DNA of 64,000 nucleotides from Salinivirgaceae bacterium (GCA_016284875.1 JAEEPS010000003.1:21579-85578), one strand, 5' to 3'; positions 10,700-20,385 are shown, numbered from the stretch's first letter. Notes: generated by a model from the letters alone, not told the origin. Numbers and translations are program-made.

Positions 10700-10804
10700 G
10701 TCTTTATTTTTAGCGCTTAAGTTCCTGTCGCTTTGTTTTTCCCGGTTAGTAAAGATTTATCCGCGTCGATTGTCTAACTAAAATGTTGATAATCAATTAT
10801 AAAC

Positions 10805-12037
10805 TTAAAACTTATTACTTTTCGAATATTTTTCCCGCAATTCCTTATCACCAAACATGAATCGTGCAAAGAAGTTTACCAAGCCGACATTGATACTATT
10901 GCCAAATTGCTTATATGCTTGCGACTCTTTGCTGTCATATTCAAAAGAATCAGGAAAACTCTGTAATCTGGCACATTCCCTTGGTGTAATGAATCGTTTT
11001 CTTTTTCCCACAATGCTTGTCTGAGTAATTGCAACCAGAGCGGGAAAATATGTTCCGGACTTTACACGCAATCCCGATGGCCGTATCTGCATAATATTAT
11101 CCCAAATATTGGGATTATTGCCGTTCCCTGCCTGCCATTCCAATTTTGCTTTTGCGCCGAAAAACAACTTGTTTTTTCTTGCTTTGGGCAACCATGTTGC
11201 AAGAAAATCCTTGTTATTGTTCCACAGTTCATTGTTCTTGACAACGAAATTCTGCAGCCACTTAGGTTGCTCGTTGAATGTTTCATAATATGGATTCTCT
11301 TCAAACGGGCAGAGACAATCAGCCCAAACAGGGAAGCCTGGCAACTTATCACATTTGATATTTTGGATAAATACATTCCAATTATCAATCCATTCAATTT
11401 GATCTACGGTCAACTTATATTTGTCCAAGTTGGGTATCTCGTTATCATTCAAGAGAATATCCTCAACCGAGCATTGTGGTATCTTATTTATGTCAAAATA
11501 GAATTCGGGCAACTCGCCAACATCTTTTCTAACACACATGATAAAAACCCTCTCCCGATGTTGCGGTACCCCTATATAATGCGGGCTAAATATCACTGGC
11601 TCATCAATGACGTTGTACCCCAATTCAACCAAACTATCGTGAATCACCTTCCAGGTATTGCCGTGGTCGTGCGTCGCCAGGTTTCTAACGTTTTCCAATA
11701 ATGCATATCTGGGTTGATGATACTTCAAAATTCTGCAAATATCGAAAAACAGAGTTCCTTTAGTCTCATCAGCGAAACCAAGCCTCTTACCCGCCTTCGA
11801 AAATGCTTGGCAAGGAAAACCACCACATAGAACATCGTGAGGCGGTATGTCTTTGGCATCAACTTTAGTAATATCGCCATCGGGAACTATTCCATAATTT
11901 CTTTCATAAGTCTTTCTGCAGTCCGCATCAATATCACAAGCATAAACACACTCTCCTCCAAGATCTGTCATTGCTTGATGGAACCCTCCTATTCCACAAA
12001 ACAAGTCAATAAACTTAAAACCTTTTTCTATATTCAT
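10805..12037 (-). CDS. dcm: DNA (cytosine-5)-methyltransferase
   Basis: Motif I FIDLFCGIGGF, motif IV GGFPCQAFS, motif VI ENV, motif VIII QHRERVF, a long variable region, then C-terminal RECARLQSFPD and GNSINV. Confidence 0.9.
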   Translation of the reverse strand: MNIEKGFKFIDLFCGIGGFHQAMTDLGGECVYACDIDADCRKTYERNYGIVPDGDITKVDAKDIPPHDVLCGGFPCQAFSKAGKRLGFADETKGTLFFDICRILKYHQPRYALLENVRNLATHDHGNTWKVIHDSLVELGYNVIDEPVIFSPHYIGVPQHRERVFIMCVRKDVGELPEFYFDINKIPQCSVEDILLNDNEIPNLDKYKLTVDQIEWIDNWNVFIQNIKCDKLPGFPVWADCLCPFEENPYYETFNEQPKWLQNFVVKNNELWNNNKDFLATWLPKARKNKLFFGAKAKLEWQAGNGNNPNIWDNIMQIRPSGLRVKSGTYFPALVAITQTSIVGKRKRFITPRECARLQSFPDSFEYDSKESQAYKQFGNSINVGLVNFFARFMFGDKELREKYSKSNKF

Positions 12038-12331
12038 TTCTCTATTGTTGCAAAGGCCAAAATAATAAAAGGATAATTACACCGCAAATCTCAAATGAGT
12101 CTTATGCCACTTTTGCGTGCATTTGATGCTCTGTAGAAAATGAAAGAATCATTACTACCTTTCTTAAAATACTGAACACCAAGTAATTATAACAGTATAT
12201 TCAGTCGCACTTTTTGAAAATTTCCAGTCACAAATTTGGAACGGATTTATGCCATTTTAGTGGTATTTTCCAAAAAACAAGAAACCCCAATCCATTAAGA
12301 ATCAGGGTTTTAACTTTTTGCCATTTTTGCT

Positions 12332-12346
12332 TTGCGGAGAGAGAGG
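12332..12346. repeat. attL core: partial copy of the tRNA-Ser 3' end
   Basis: TTGCGGAGAGAGAGG is identical to 50567-50581, which covers the last 12 nt of the intact tRNA-Ser plus 3 nt of trailer. Confidence 0.8.
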
Positions 12347-12460
12347 CTCTATCACCATTGGTAAAACTGGATATCATTATTATTAAATAATTCATTAATT
12401 ATCTGCATTTTATTGTATTTTATAATAAAGGTTACTATCTTTGTTGTGTGAGTTTAAAAT

Positions 12461-12489
12461 AAAAAGCGTGTGTAAAAGCGTGTGTAATT
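12461..12489 (+). repeat. Arm-type repeat (left end), 18 bp upstream of the integrase start codon
   Basis: AAAAAGCGTGTGTAAAAGCGTGTGTAATT, an internal tandem of GCGTGTGTAA. It is repeated with one mismatch at 50510-50538. Confidence 0.6.
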
Positions 12490-12506
12490 TTTAATATCAG
12501 TTTTGT

Positions 12507-13817
12507 ATGTACGATTACATTAAAAGGTGCATAAGTTTTGTCATTGAAAACCGGAAGAAAGATGGCGCCACGATAAACAAAAATGTTCCAATCAGAATGA
12601 TTGTCCGCTTTCAGGCGAAAAGAATTGATTTTGTTACCGGGTACAGAGTCGACTCGAATAAATGGGATGGCGACAAACAGCTTGTCAAAAATGGCACAAT
12701 CAATAAAGATGGATTGTCGGCCAGCGAGATAAACCAGAAATTAAGAATGCAAGCGAATGCCGTAGAAAAAGTCTTTTCTCTTCTTGAAGAAAAAGGTGAG
12801 TATAGACCTTCGGTTGATATTGTAAAGAAACTTGTTTTGGCCGAAATCGATAAGACCAAAACAGTGGACGAAATAGATAAGGTAATTAAAAAGACCGATA
12901 TCGCTTCCGTCTTTTCCGAATTTGTTGAAACAGCAAGTAAGGAAAACCATTGGAGTGCGTCGACCAAAGAAAAATTTCACGGCGTGAAAATGCATATTGA
13001 AGATTTTGCACGAAAACACCGCCTCGCTTGTCCAAGTGATTTCAAAACAAAAGAACTAAAACAGTATGTCGACTTCCTCCAGGATGATTGTGACATGTGC
13101 AATAGAACAATAAGCAAGCAGGTGGGATTTCTAAAGTGGTTTTTGAGGTGGGCCTTCTCGAATGGATATAGCAACAATAAAGACTTTGATTTGTTCAAGC
13201 CTAAATTGAAAGTCGTTCCCAAAAAAGTCATATTTCTCACTCCTGACGAATTGAAGAAATTGGAGGATTGCTATATCCCTGACACACAACAATATTTGGC
13301 AAGAACTCGTGATGTCTTCCTATTTTGTTGTTATACAAGTCTTAGATACAGCGACGCATATAATTTGAGGAAGAGCGATATTAAAAACGGACACATAGAA
13401 ATAACAACTATTAAGACTGCCGACAGCATTCGCATTCCTCTTAATAACGCTGCCAAGGCAATACTCGCGAAGTATCAAGATATACCATTTGAATATGATA
13501 AGGCGTTGCCAGTTGTGTCTAACCAAAAAATGAACGATTATTTGCAGATTTTGTGCAAAATGGCCGAAATAGATGACCCTGTTCATGAAACATATTATCA
13601 GGGCGAGGTAAGAATGGAAAGAACAACACCGAAGTGGCAGTTGATAAGTACTCACGCCGCAAGAAGGACGTTCATTTGTCGTGCGCTTTCGTTGGGGATA
13701 CCCCCGCAAATAGTCATGAAATGGACCGGGCACTCCGATTACAAAGCGATGAAGCCTTACATTGACATTGCTGACCAAGACGTTGATAATGCAATGAATA
13801 AGTTTCATTTTAATTAA
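12507..13817 (+). CDS. Tyrosine recombinase / element integrase
   Basis: Bacteroides-type integrase architecture with N-terminal arm-binding and SAM-like domains. The catalytic region has LRYSD (Arg I), HAARRTF (H-x-x-R) and GHSDYKAMKPY (His/Tyr). Confidence 0.85.
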   Translation: MYDYIKRCISFVIENRKKDGATINKNVPIRMIVRFQAKRIDFVTGYRVDSNKWDGDKQLVKNGTINKDGLSASEINQKLRMQANAVEKVFSLLEEKGEYRPSVDIVKKLVLAEIDKTKTVDEIDKVIKKTDIASVFSEFVETASKENHWSASTKEKFHGVKMHIEDFARKHRLACPSDFKTKELKQYVDFLQDDCDMCNRTISKQVGFLKWFLRWAFSNGYSNNKDFDLFKPKLKVVPKKVIFLTPDELKKLEDCYIPDTQQYLARTRDVFLFCCYTSLRYSDAYNLRKSDIKNGHIEITTIKTADSIRIPLNNAAKAILAKYQDIPFEYDKALPVVSNQKMNDYLQILCKMAEIDDPVHETYYQGEVRMERTTPKWQLISTHAARRTFICRALSLGIPPQIVMKWTGHSDYKAMKPYIDIADQDVDNAMNKFHFN

Positions 13818-13824
13818 CAAACCT

Positions 13825-15384
13825 ATGATAAAGGAAAACAACCGTCTTTATTACGACGTAAAAGAGATTAGAGATGACGTGATTAAAAGTTTTCAAGGCA
13901 CAACAGAAAACTATGATAGTTACTATTTAGAGTTTTGGGAAGAAATTGGGAAAAAATGTTATGATTTCTGCGAAAAATACAAACTCTCCGATGAAAGTGG
14001 CTATGGTAAAAAAGTTGAAGAATTCATATCAGAATGCGACAATGTATCTAATGTTAAAAAAATAGCTGATGAAGTATTAGTTAAATTAGAAAAAATCGGT
14101 GATAATAACCCATCATTAGATGCATTTTTCTCTCGTATACGGGATAAAAAACGCGTCATGCTTCAAGCGGAAATTGAAGTGGTGTTGAAAAATCCTTCAA
14201 ACAATAATATAGGAATTGATGAGATTGTGATTAAACATCCAGAATTAATTGACCTGCAAAAAAGAAAAGACAACATTGCTCACTATTACTTCAATCATTT
14301 TCCGATGATCAAGAAAATATGTGAATTTATTCGCTCAGAAATAGCCAACACTACTGAAATTCCCCAAAAGACGCACAAAAAACAGAATGACACGTTCATA
14401 AACCAAAACAATACCACAATTCAAAACAACACTGCGATTCTAAACAACAACCAAGTTCTCGCGGAACAAAACCTGCGAAATTTTGTAACACAAAATATTG
14501 CAAGCATATCTGGTGACAAAGAGAATGTTTGCCCGTTGAATAAAAAGTGTGCAATAAACTATTTTGGAGAGAATCTGCTTAGAAAGATAAAGCAAAGTGT
14601 TGTAATTCAGGATATGATTGTCAACTATGATGAAACCAGTCTGATTAAATCCATTAACCTTCGTCCCGATGCTTATGTAGAAATAAAGCGAGGATATACC
14701 CCCCAATTGTTTGCATTTATTAATATATTGGAATGTGAGTTAGAAAAAAACGAAAGATTGAAAAAAGACCAAATTGAACAATGGGGCCGTAAAGTATTTG
14801 AACATATTGAGTGGCAAACGAAAAAGAAAAAACAAACTCCTCAAGAAAGATTCGACCAATACTATTATAAAAAAAGCAAGTACTTAATAAAACAAGACGG
14901 CAGGTTAATACTCCGATTAAAAAATGAACAAAAGAGAGACGAAATTATCGCTCTCTATACCAGCCTTTTGGGTGAACCTTATTTCAAAGGTGAAAAAGTA
15001 GATAGAATATCATCCATGAATGGAATAGGTAGGTTGTTTAAGAATTACAGCAGTACAAAATTGGTTAGATGCCTTAATCTCGCGCCTAACGAATCGATGC
15101 AATTTGCCAAGAACTATTTAGAATTGGGATTTGTGCTTATTTACCTGCTGGATAATTGGCTTTCGAATAGTATTAATGATATAGATAAAAATGAATGGGC
15201 AGAATTGCTATTTAAACATATAGGTTGTGAAGGAGCTAGTGACCGGGAGTTATTCATGAGATATAAAAATACAATCGGTAAATTATTTAATCCTGATGGC
15301 GTACTAAAACAAGATGGTTCAATTCTTAAAGAGACAAAATCGTTTCATGATGAAATAACAAAGATACTAAACGACAATAAATAA
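13825..15384 (+). CDS. Hypothetical protein (element backbone)
   Basis: A 519-aa ORF starting 8 nt after the integrase stop. It has an N/Q-rich low-complexity centre and no motif I recognise. Confidence 0.4.
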   Translation: MIKENNRLYYDVKEIRDDVIKSFQGTTENYDSYYLEFWEEIGKKCYDFCEKYKLSDESGYGKKVEEFISECDNVSNVKKIADEVLVKLEKIGDNNPSLDAFFSRIRDKKRVMLQAEIEVVLKNPSNNNIGIDEIVIKHPELIDLQKRKDNIAHYYFNHFPMIKKICEFIRSEIANTTEIPQKTHKKQNDTFINQNNTTIQNNTAILNNNQVLAEQNLRNFVTQNIASISGDKENVCPLNKKCAINYFGENLLRKIKQSVVIQDMIVNYDETSLIKSINLRPDAYVEIKRGYTPQLFAFINILECELEKNERLKKDQIEQWGRKVFEHIEWQTKKKKQTPQERFDQYYYKKSKYLIKQDGRLILRLKNEQKRDEIIALYTSLLGEPYFKGEKVDRISSMNGIGRLFKNYSSTKLVRCLNLAPNESMQFAKNYLELGFVLIYLLDNWLSNSINDIDKNEWAELLFKHIGCEGASDRELFMRYKNTIGKLFNPDGVLKQDGSILKETKSFHDEITKILNDNK

Positions 15385-15733
15385 AAACGGAGATAGTCTT
15401 ATCCCATATTGTGTTTATTCTCGTAAGAGAATAATAAGGGAAAAAACATAAAGACACTTTTAAAGCAAAAAAAAGTCTTGGGACAATAATCTCCCACTCG
15501 TAGCATATTAGTTGATACTGATAATGCACAAATCTTCTTTTCCCCCAAAACTCATTGCTGAGCATATGCCTCACTAATTCATATTTATGTGGAATGACAC
15601 TGCTGTAATAGGAATTTCACATAATCTTCACCTCGTCTTTTCATAGAGCATTGCTATAAGAGCCTTTAAGCATTTATTGTCACTTATAACACCTATTATA
15701 TAAAATAATGGCACAATTTGCTAATAAGGCGGC

Positions 15734-15801
15734 AAAAAATAACCAAAAATAAAATGTATTTAGTTATTGATTAGTCATTTACACAAGTTTGGTTATTTTT
15801 T
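15734..15801. promoter_or_regulatory. Perfect 14-bp inverted repeat upstream of the HTH gene (operator or oriT candidate)
   Basis: AAAAAATAACCAAA (15734-15747) and TTTGGTTATTTTTT (15788-15801) are separated by 40 bp. The repeat ends ~80 bp upstream of the 15884 start codon. Confidence 0.35.
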
Positions 15802-15883
15802 GGTTAGGACGGGATTCGCATAAAATTGCAATGCTTTGCAAGGCAAACAGTTTTTTATTTTTTAATTTTTTAATTTTTGACAT

Positions 15884-16159
15884 ATGATAATAGACTATCA
15901 ACAAAAACTGGCCGACCTGACGGTAGCGGAGTTTGCCAATTTAATGAATGACGTATTGACGAAAGAAAAACAGATTTGTCAGAATGATTATGTATTTGGT
16001 TTGTACGGCCTCGCCAACCTGTTAGGTGTTAGTTTGCCTACTGCTCAGCGCATAAAAAATACGGGAGCGATAGACGATGCGATCACATACGCTGGACGAA
16101 AGATGGTGATTAATAAGCAAATGGTTTTTGACAAATTAAAGGGGAGAATGATAAAATGA
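15884..16159 (+). CDS. Small helix-turn-helix protein (excisionase/regulator-like)
   Basis: 91 aa. LANLLGVSLPTAQRIKNTG is a typical MerR/Xis-type HTH. It sits between the integrase and mob genes, as in NBU-type elements, and shows ATGA overlap with the next gene. Confidence 0.5.
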   Translation: MIIDYQQKLADLTVAEFANLMNDVLTKEKQICQNDYVFGLYGLANLLGVSLPTAQRIKNTGAIDDAITYAGRKMVINKQMVFDKLKGRMIK

Positions 16160-16908
16160 GCACAAACATAAATAGAAAGAAAGATTCAATTCTATTATTT
16201 CTTTCAGATTACGAGGCAATTAAAGATATGCCTGATGATGTTTTTGGGAAATTGATGCGGAGCATATTCGAATTCCATCTCCGTGGCAAAGAACCAGATG
16301 ACCCCACGCTTATTTATGCTTTTAAATTGTTGAATGGCAAGGTTTTACGAGCCAACCTCGTTTACCAGCAAATATGCGACGAAAGAAGCCGAGCGGGCAA
16401 AAAGGGCAATATAATAAGATGGTCACAAAAATCGCAAAGTATCGCTAAAATCGCTGATGGTGATGGTGAGAGTGATTTGGAAAGTGATAAAATAAAAATA
16501 AAAGAAATATTTTTATTTAATAAGGGCATTTGCCCTGTAAATCAGGAGTTTGAACGCTTTTGGTCTCACTACGACAAAAACGGATGGCATGCTGGTAATG
16601 GAGTGCTTATCACTAATAAAATAGCATGTGCCCAAACCTGGAGCCCAGACGAAAAAGCATTAGCTCGCAAAGTCGATGACTTCTTTATTAAAGCCTGGGA
16701 GAAAACTTATATTTTGCTTAAAGACAAGGAAGACAGCAAGTTGATGGTAACGGATTTGCGCGGATTTAAAAAGAAAGCGAACAATCTTGTTATATACTGC
16801 AGTAAAGCATTGTTTGAATTTCTCGAGTCAAATATAAGCAAGGAAGTTGAAGCTGCAATAAAGACAGGTTTTGGTTGTGAATATGTTGAGTATGTGGTTC
16901 CCAAGTAG
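16156..16908 (+). CDS. Hypothetical protein (element backbone)
   Basis: A 250-aa ORF translationally coupled to the HTH gene. No confident family. Confidence 0.4.
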   Translation: MSTNINRKKDSILLFLSDYEAIKDMPDDVFGKLMRSIFEFHLRGKEPDDPTLIYAFKLLNGKVLRANLVYQQICDERSRAGKKGNIIRWSQKSQSIAKIADGDGESDLESDKIKIKEIFLFNKGICPVNQEFERFWSHYDKNGWHAGNGVLITNKIACAQTWSPDEKALARKVDDFFIKAWEKTYILLKDKEDSKLMVTDLRGFKKKANNLVIYCSKALFEFLESNISKEVEAAIKTGFGCEYVEYVVPK

Positions 16909-16914
16909 CTTGAC

Positions 16915-17289
16915 ATGAACAATCGTTCCAAGGGCGGTCGACCGCCCAAAAAACAGGGAAAAAAGGACCATATCGTTCAGTTTTTGGTAACGGCCGACCA
17001 ATTCCTGGTTCTGCGGGGTCTACTAAGGACCTCGCACTACCATGGGATGGGGGAAATGCTGCGAGCCATGGTTTTTGACAAGAAAATTAATGTCTTAACA
17101 GAAAACGCCAATGCTCGAGATTTGCAATTCGAACTGTCAAAAATTGGTGCAAACATTAATCAGATTGCCAAGAGGTGCAACACCGAAGCAATCGAAGGAA
17201 AGTCATCTACGCTTAAAGCATGGGATAAGTATATCCTAACTCGAGCGTGCAATATTATTGAGAAAGCATTGAAAAACAAAACATTATGA
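16915..17289 (+). CDS. mobC: MobC-type relaxosome accessory protein
   Basis: ELSKIGANINQIAKRCN matches the L..IG.N.NQIA+..N signature of the MobC family. It overlaps the relaxase gene by 4 nt. Confidence 0.7.
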   Translation: MNNRSKGGRPPKKQGKKDHIVQFLVTADQFLVLRGLLRTSHYHGMGEMLRAMVFDKKINVLTENANARDLQFELSKIGANINQIAKRCNTEAIEGKSSTLKAWDKYILTRACNIIEKALKNKTL

Positions 17290-18737
17290 TTCCCAAAATT
17301 ATACCAGGTAAATCATTTGGCGGCCTTGTCGGCTATAATGAGAAGAAAGTTGCTAAGGGCATGGCGGAACTTATTGGCATCGAGAATATTCCGTCGCCAA
17401 ATGTCATAAAACAAACATTGGAACAAGTCGCATCATTTAATTCCCTTTGTCGGACCCCGACCTTCCACGTTTCGCTGTCTTTTCCTCCAAACGAAAGGAC
17501 GCTTGACAATGCAACTCTGCAAGCGATTGCCAATGAGTTTATGCAAGGCATGGGCTATCAAGACAATCCATATGCCATATATAGACATTATGATACTGAC
17601 AATCAGCATATTCATATTGTATCGACAAGAATTGACTGGCACGGCAAGCGTGTAAGCGATTTTCAGGAACGGCGCAAGGCTGGCAAACTTGCAACGGAAA
17701 TCGAAAGGAAATACGGACTAGTTGAAGTTGAGCGGAACAAAAAAAGCAAGAAGGAAACGCAGGCTCGTAGAATAAAACCAGGGCCCGCCGACAAGGCTAA
17801 TGCCAGGCAGCACATTATAAATGCGATTGCCACTTGTCTGGAAATGAAGAATATAACTTCTATTGACGATTTTGGTGAACGCCTTAAAGATTATAGTGTC
17901 GGCATAAGAATTAGCGAGAAAAAGGCTGTCTGCTATTTCATCGTTGACGAAAACGGGCGGCAGGCAACGCCAGCTGTATCAGCATCGTCAATACCGTTCA
18001 AGCCAACATATCGAAGGCTGGGCAACGTAATCGGAAGAAACAAAAAACTAATCACGCTGCGGCGGAACGAACTAAAGCGAAAATTCAACTGGCTTCGTAA
18101 TTATTCTGTAGTTCGGTTAGAGACATTCGGTAAATTTCTTTCTGATAACCATCTCAAAATCAAGTGTGTGGAGAATTCTGGCGGGATATATGGAGTCAGT
18201 TTTATCGACACAAAAAACGGAGTTGTTTTCAAGGGCAGCGATTTAGATTGTCCATACGCTTTTTTGCGAGAAATACTTTCGGGGAGGGCAACGATAAAGA
18301 AGGGCAATGAGCAAGCTTTCATTGAGAAATGCTACTGGGCTTTGATTGAAGCGAACAATCACCTTGACGAAAATGATTTGCTTATAAAAGAAGAGTTTAG
18401 GGATTTGTTCTACGAACAGATAAGGCAGTCTGCCAATGATATTTTTGCCCTTTCATATCAGAAAGCGGCTGACGAATTTATTGATAGCCGTAAAGCGGAA
18501 ATCGATAAGACTGAGAGGCAAAAAAATGGCCGCACAGGAAAAGCCCTTAAAGAATCCCGTCATACTTCAATAGTTGACACCATCGCTGATTCAGTTCAGA
18601 AGACTGGTGGCGGCTTGTTGCGCGATTTAATGTCAGCGGCTCCTGCTCCGCAAAAAGGCGTTGTACAGAATGACGATGATGAAGATGAAGATGAAGAAAC
18701 GAAAAAGAAAATATTGTCAGGCAAACTAATCAGATGA
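17286..18737 (+). CDS. Relaxase / mobilization nuclease
   Basis: The N-terminal relaxase domain has FHVSLSF and the histidine triad HYDTDNQHIHIVSTRID. The C-terminal tail is acidic. Confidence 0.8.
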   Translation: MIPKIIPGKSFGGLVGYNEKKVAKGMAELIGIENIPSPNVIKQTLEQVASFNSLCRTPTFHVSLSFPPNERTLDNATLQAIANEFMQGMGYQDNPYAIYRHYDTDNQHIHIVSTRIDWHGKRVSDFQERRKAGKLATEIERKYGLVEVERNKKSKKETQARRIKPGPADKANARQHIINAIATCLEMKNITSIDDFGERLKDYSVGIRISEKKAVCYFIVDENGRQATPAVSASSIPFKPTYRRLGNVIGRNKKLITLRRNELKRKFNWLRNYSVVRLETFGKFLSDNHLKIKCVENSGGIYGVSFIDTKNGVVFKGSDLDCPYAFLREILSGRATIKKGNEQAFIEKCYWALIEANNHLDENDLLIKEEFRDLFYEQIRQSANDIFALSYQKAADEFIDSRKAEIDKTERQKNGRTGKALKESRHTSIVDTIADSVQKTGGGLLRDLMSAAPAPQKGVVQNDDDEDEDEETKKKILSGKLIR

Positions 18738-18756
18738 TTACCAATTATTTAATCGG

Positions 18757-19185
18757 TTACCAACGACTTGGATAATCATCCTCAAACGGCTCAAGGTCTT
18801 CCTCTTCAATAAAGCCCGTTCCGTCACACAGTTCGCACTCGCAGAAATCTCCGTTACGCATATTAAGAAGGCCTTCGCCAAGGCACCTGTTGCAAGTCAC
18901 CAAGCGGTATCCTGGCTTCGGAAGGCGGTAAATAATATACTTCTTGTTCGGTTCGTGTAATTTCTCGTGGCAATCTACACACAGCGTTTCAACCAGTTCT
19001 GGCGGATAATCCCAGGGATCTTTCCCTTCAATGTACATTTTGGGTTGTACTAGCAGTTCGTTCTCCGATTTCTTCTGGTGACAGATTTGGCAGGTGTAAT
19101 TGTCCCGCTCTAAAATGGTTTTACTGTACTCACGCCATTCAGGTGTGTTCAGTAATCTTTTGTAGTTAAAATGTTTATTTACCAT
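18757..19185 (-). CDS. HNH-like / DnaJ-type zinc-finger protein
   Basis: CQIC-H...CVDCHEKLH (cysteine pairs with His, HNH-like), followed by CNRCLGEG and CELCDGTG (CxxCxGxG). Confidence 0.45.
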   Translation of the reverse strand: MVNKHFNYKRLLNTPEWREYSKTILERDNYTCQICHQKKSENELLVQPKMYIEGKDPWDYPPELVETLCVDCHEKLHEPNKKYIIYRLPKPGYRLVTCNRCLGEGLLNMRNGDFCECELCDGTGFIEEEDLEPFEDDYPSRW

Positions 19186-19418
19186 GTTTTAGATAATTTT
19201 TTCCGCCCCCGATAACGCAGCCTGCATTTAAGCGAGCATGAAGGTTTCCCTTTATAAAACAAGAAACGTACTTTCACAAAAGTAAAAAATGTTTGGGTTG
19301 TGGATGATGGGTGTGCAGCATTTTTGATAAAAAAACAAAAGATAGAATAAGTAGCGAAATGTTCACATTTCAAATGTGGTGTTTTTTATTTTCGTGGTTC
19401 TTTATGCTCTTTTGTTTC

Positions 19419-19426
19419 TAATTTTG
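19419..19426 (+). promoter_or_regulatory. Bacteroides -7 box (TAATTTTG) in front of the truncated umuD copy
   Basis: Matches the TAnnTTTG consensus, 5 nt upstream of the ATG at 19432. Confidence 0.35.
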
Positions 19427-19431
19427 ACCGT

Positions 19432-19848
19432 ATGAAAAAGAAGCAGATTTTCGAGTTTTACCCCCTCGCCACTGATACAAAGCCGTCGGTGCCAGTGGTT
19501 GAAGGCTCAGTCCACGCTGGCTTTCCGTGCCCCGTAGATGATGCCTATTTGCAGCAGCCAATCGACCTGAACAAGGAACTCATAAAGCACGCCGCGTCGT
19601 CGTACCTTATTCGTGTGGTAGGCGATTCGATGATTGATGAAGGCATTGAAGAAGGCGATTTGCTTGTGGTTGACAGGGCTTTGTTGCCAACCGAGAAAAC
19701 GCTGTCAGTCTGTATGTTTCGTGGTGAGTTTGCGTTAAAGCGCATTGTTCAGTCCGAAGGCCGCGTTTCTCTAATGGCAGGCAATAAAAAGTTTTTCTGT
19801 TTACGCCTTGCGACTGCAATCCTCTTCAATTTCGGGCAACAACATTAG
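19432..19848 (+). pseudogene. umuD-like S24 peptidase copy with replaced C-terminus
   Basis: About 19450-19700 is nearly identical, with a handful of mismatches, to the intact umuD at about 22226-22480. After residue ~112 the sequence diverges (KKFFCLRLATAILFNFGQQH). No umuC follows. Confidence 0.6.
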
Positions 19849-19922
19849 TTGATTTCTGTTCGGACTGGCAAGAGACTTATACTTGCTAGTTTTCTTTATA
19901 TTTGCAATAAAAAACACAAACT

Positions 19923-20180
19923 ATGTCAACGACAGAACTCAACATACAAATCTGGAAAAACATCGCTGAAATAGCCGATGACGAAAAACTCATGACACAA
20001 TTGAAAAACTATCTCAAAAAACTTGTCACCAAAAAACACGATGACACTCTGATGACCAAAAAAGAATTCTTCACAAAATTAGATGAAGCAGAAGCTGAAT
20101 ACAAACGCGGAGAATTCACTACACTACTGCCTGGTGAATCAGTCTCTGACATGCTAAAAAGATGCGGATATGCCATATAA
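19923..20180 (+). CDS. Small antitoxin-like protein (partner of the Txe/YoeB-type remnant)
   Basis: 85 aa. It overlaps by 11 nt the start of an ORF whose N-terminus looks like Bacteroides Txe/YoeB-family toxins. Confidence 0.45.
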   Translation: MSTTELNIQIWKNIAEIADDEKLMTQLKNYLKKLVTKKHDDTLMTKKEFFTKLDEAEAEYKRGEFTTLLPGESVSDMLKRCGYAI

Positions 20181-20274
20181 GATAATTTTCACAACTAAAG
20201 CCAATATAGATTTGGCAAAACTTCAAAAAAACGAACCAAACGCCTTTAAAAAAGCAACGCACTGCCTAAAGTGA
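20170..20274 (+). pseudogene. Txe/YoeB-family toxin remnant (first ~34 codons only)
   Basis: MPYKIIFTTKANIDLAKLQKNEPNAFKKATHCLK then stop. This is the typical N-terminus of ~90-aa YoeB-like toxins, and the catalytic C-terminal half is missing. Confidence 0.5.
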
Positions 20275-20298
20275 AATTTGAATAACTGTTTTGGCAAT

Positions 20299-20385
20299 AT
20301 GAAGAAGCCGCAACCGCCCTTCGAGTTCTTCCCTCTCGCCACCGACACCAAGCCGTCTAATTGCATTTATAATGGTGCCGAATGA
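20299..20385 (+). pseudogene. Third umuD 5' remnant (28 codons)
   Basis: MKKPQPPFEFFPLATDTKPS parallels MKKQSPFEFYPLATDTKPS of the intact UmuD, then diverges and stops. Confidence 0.55.

Noticed and set aside
19179-19373. 64-aa minus-strand ORF upstream of the zinc-finger gene
   Set aside because: Low-complexity, overlaps the likely promoter region, and has no motif.
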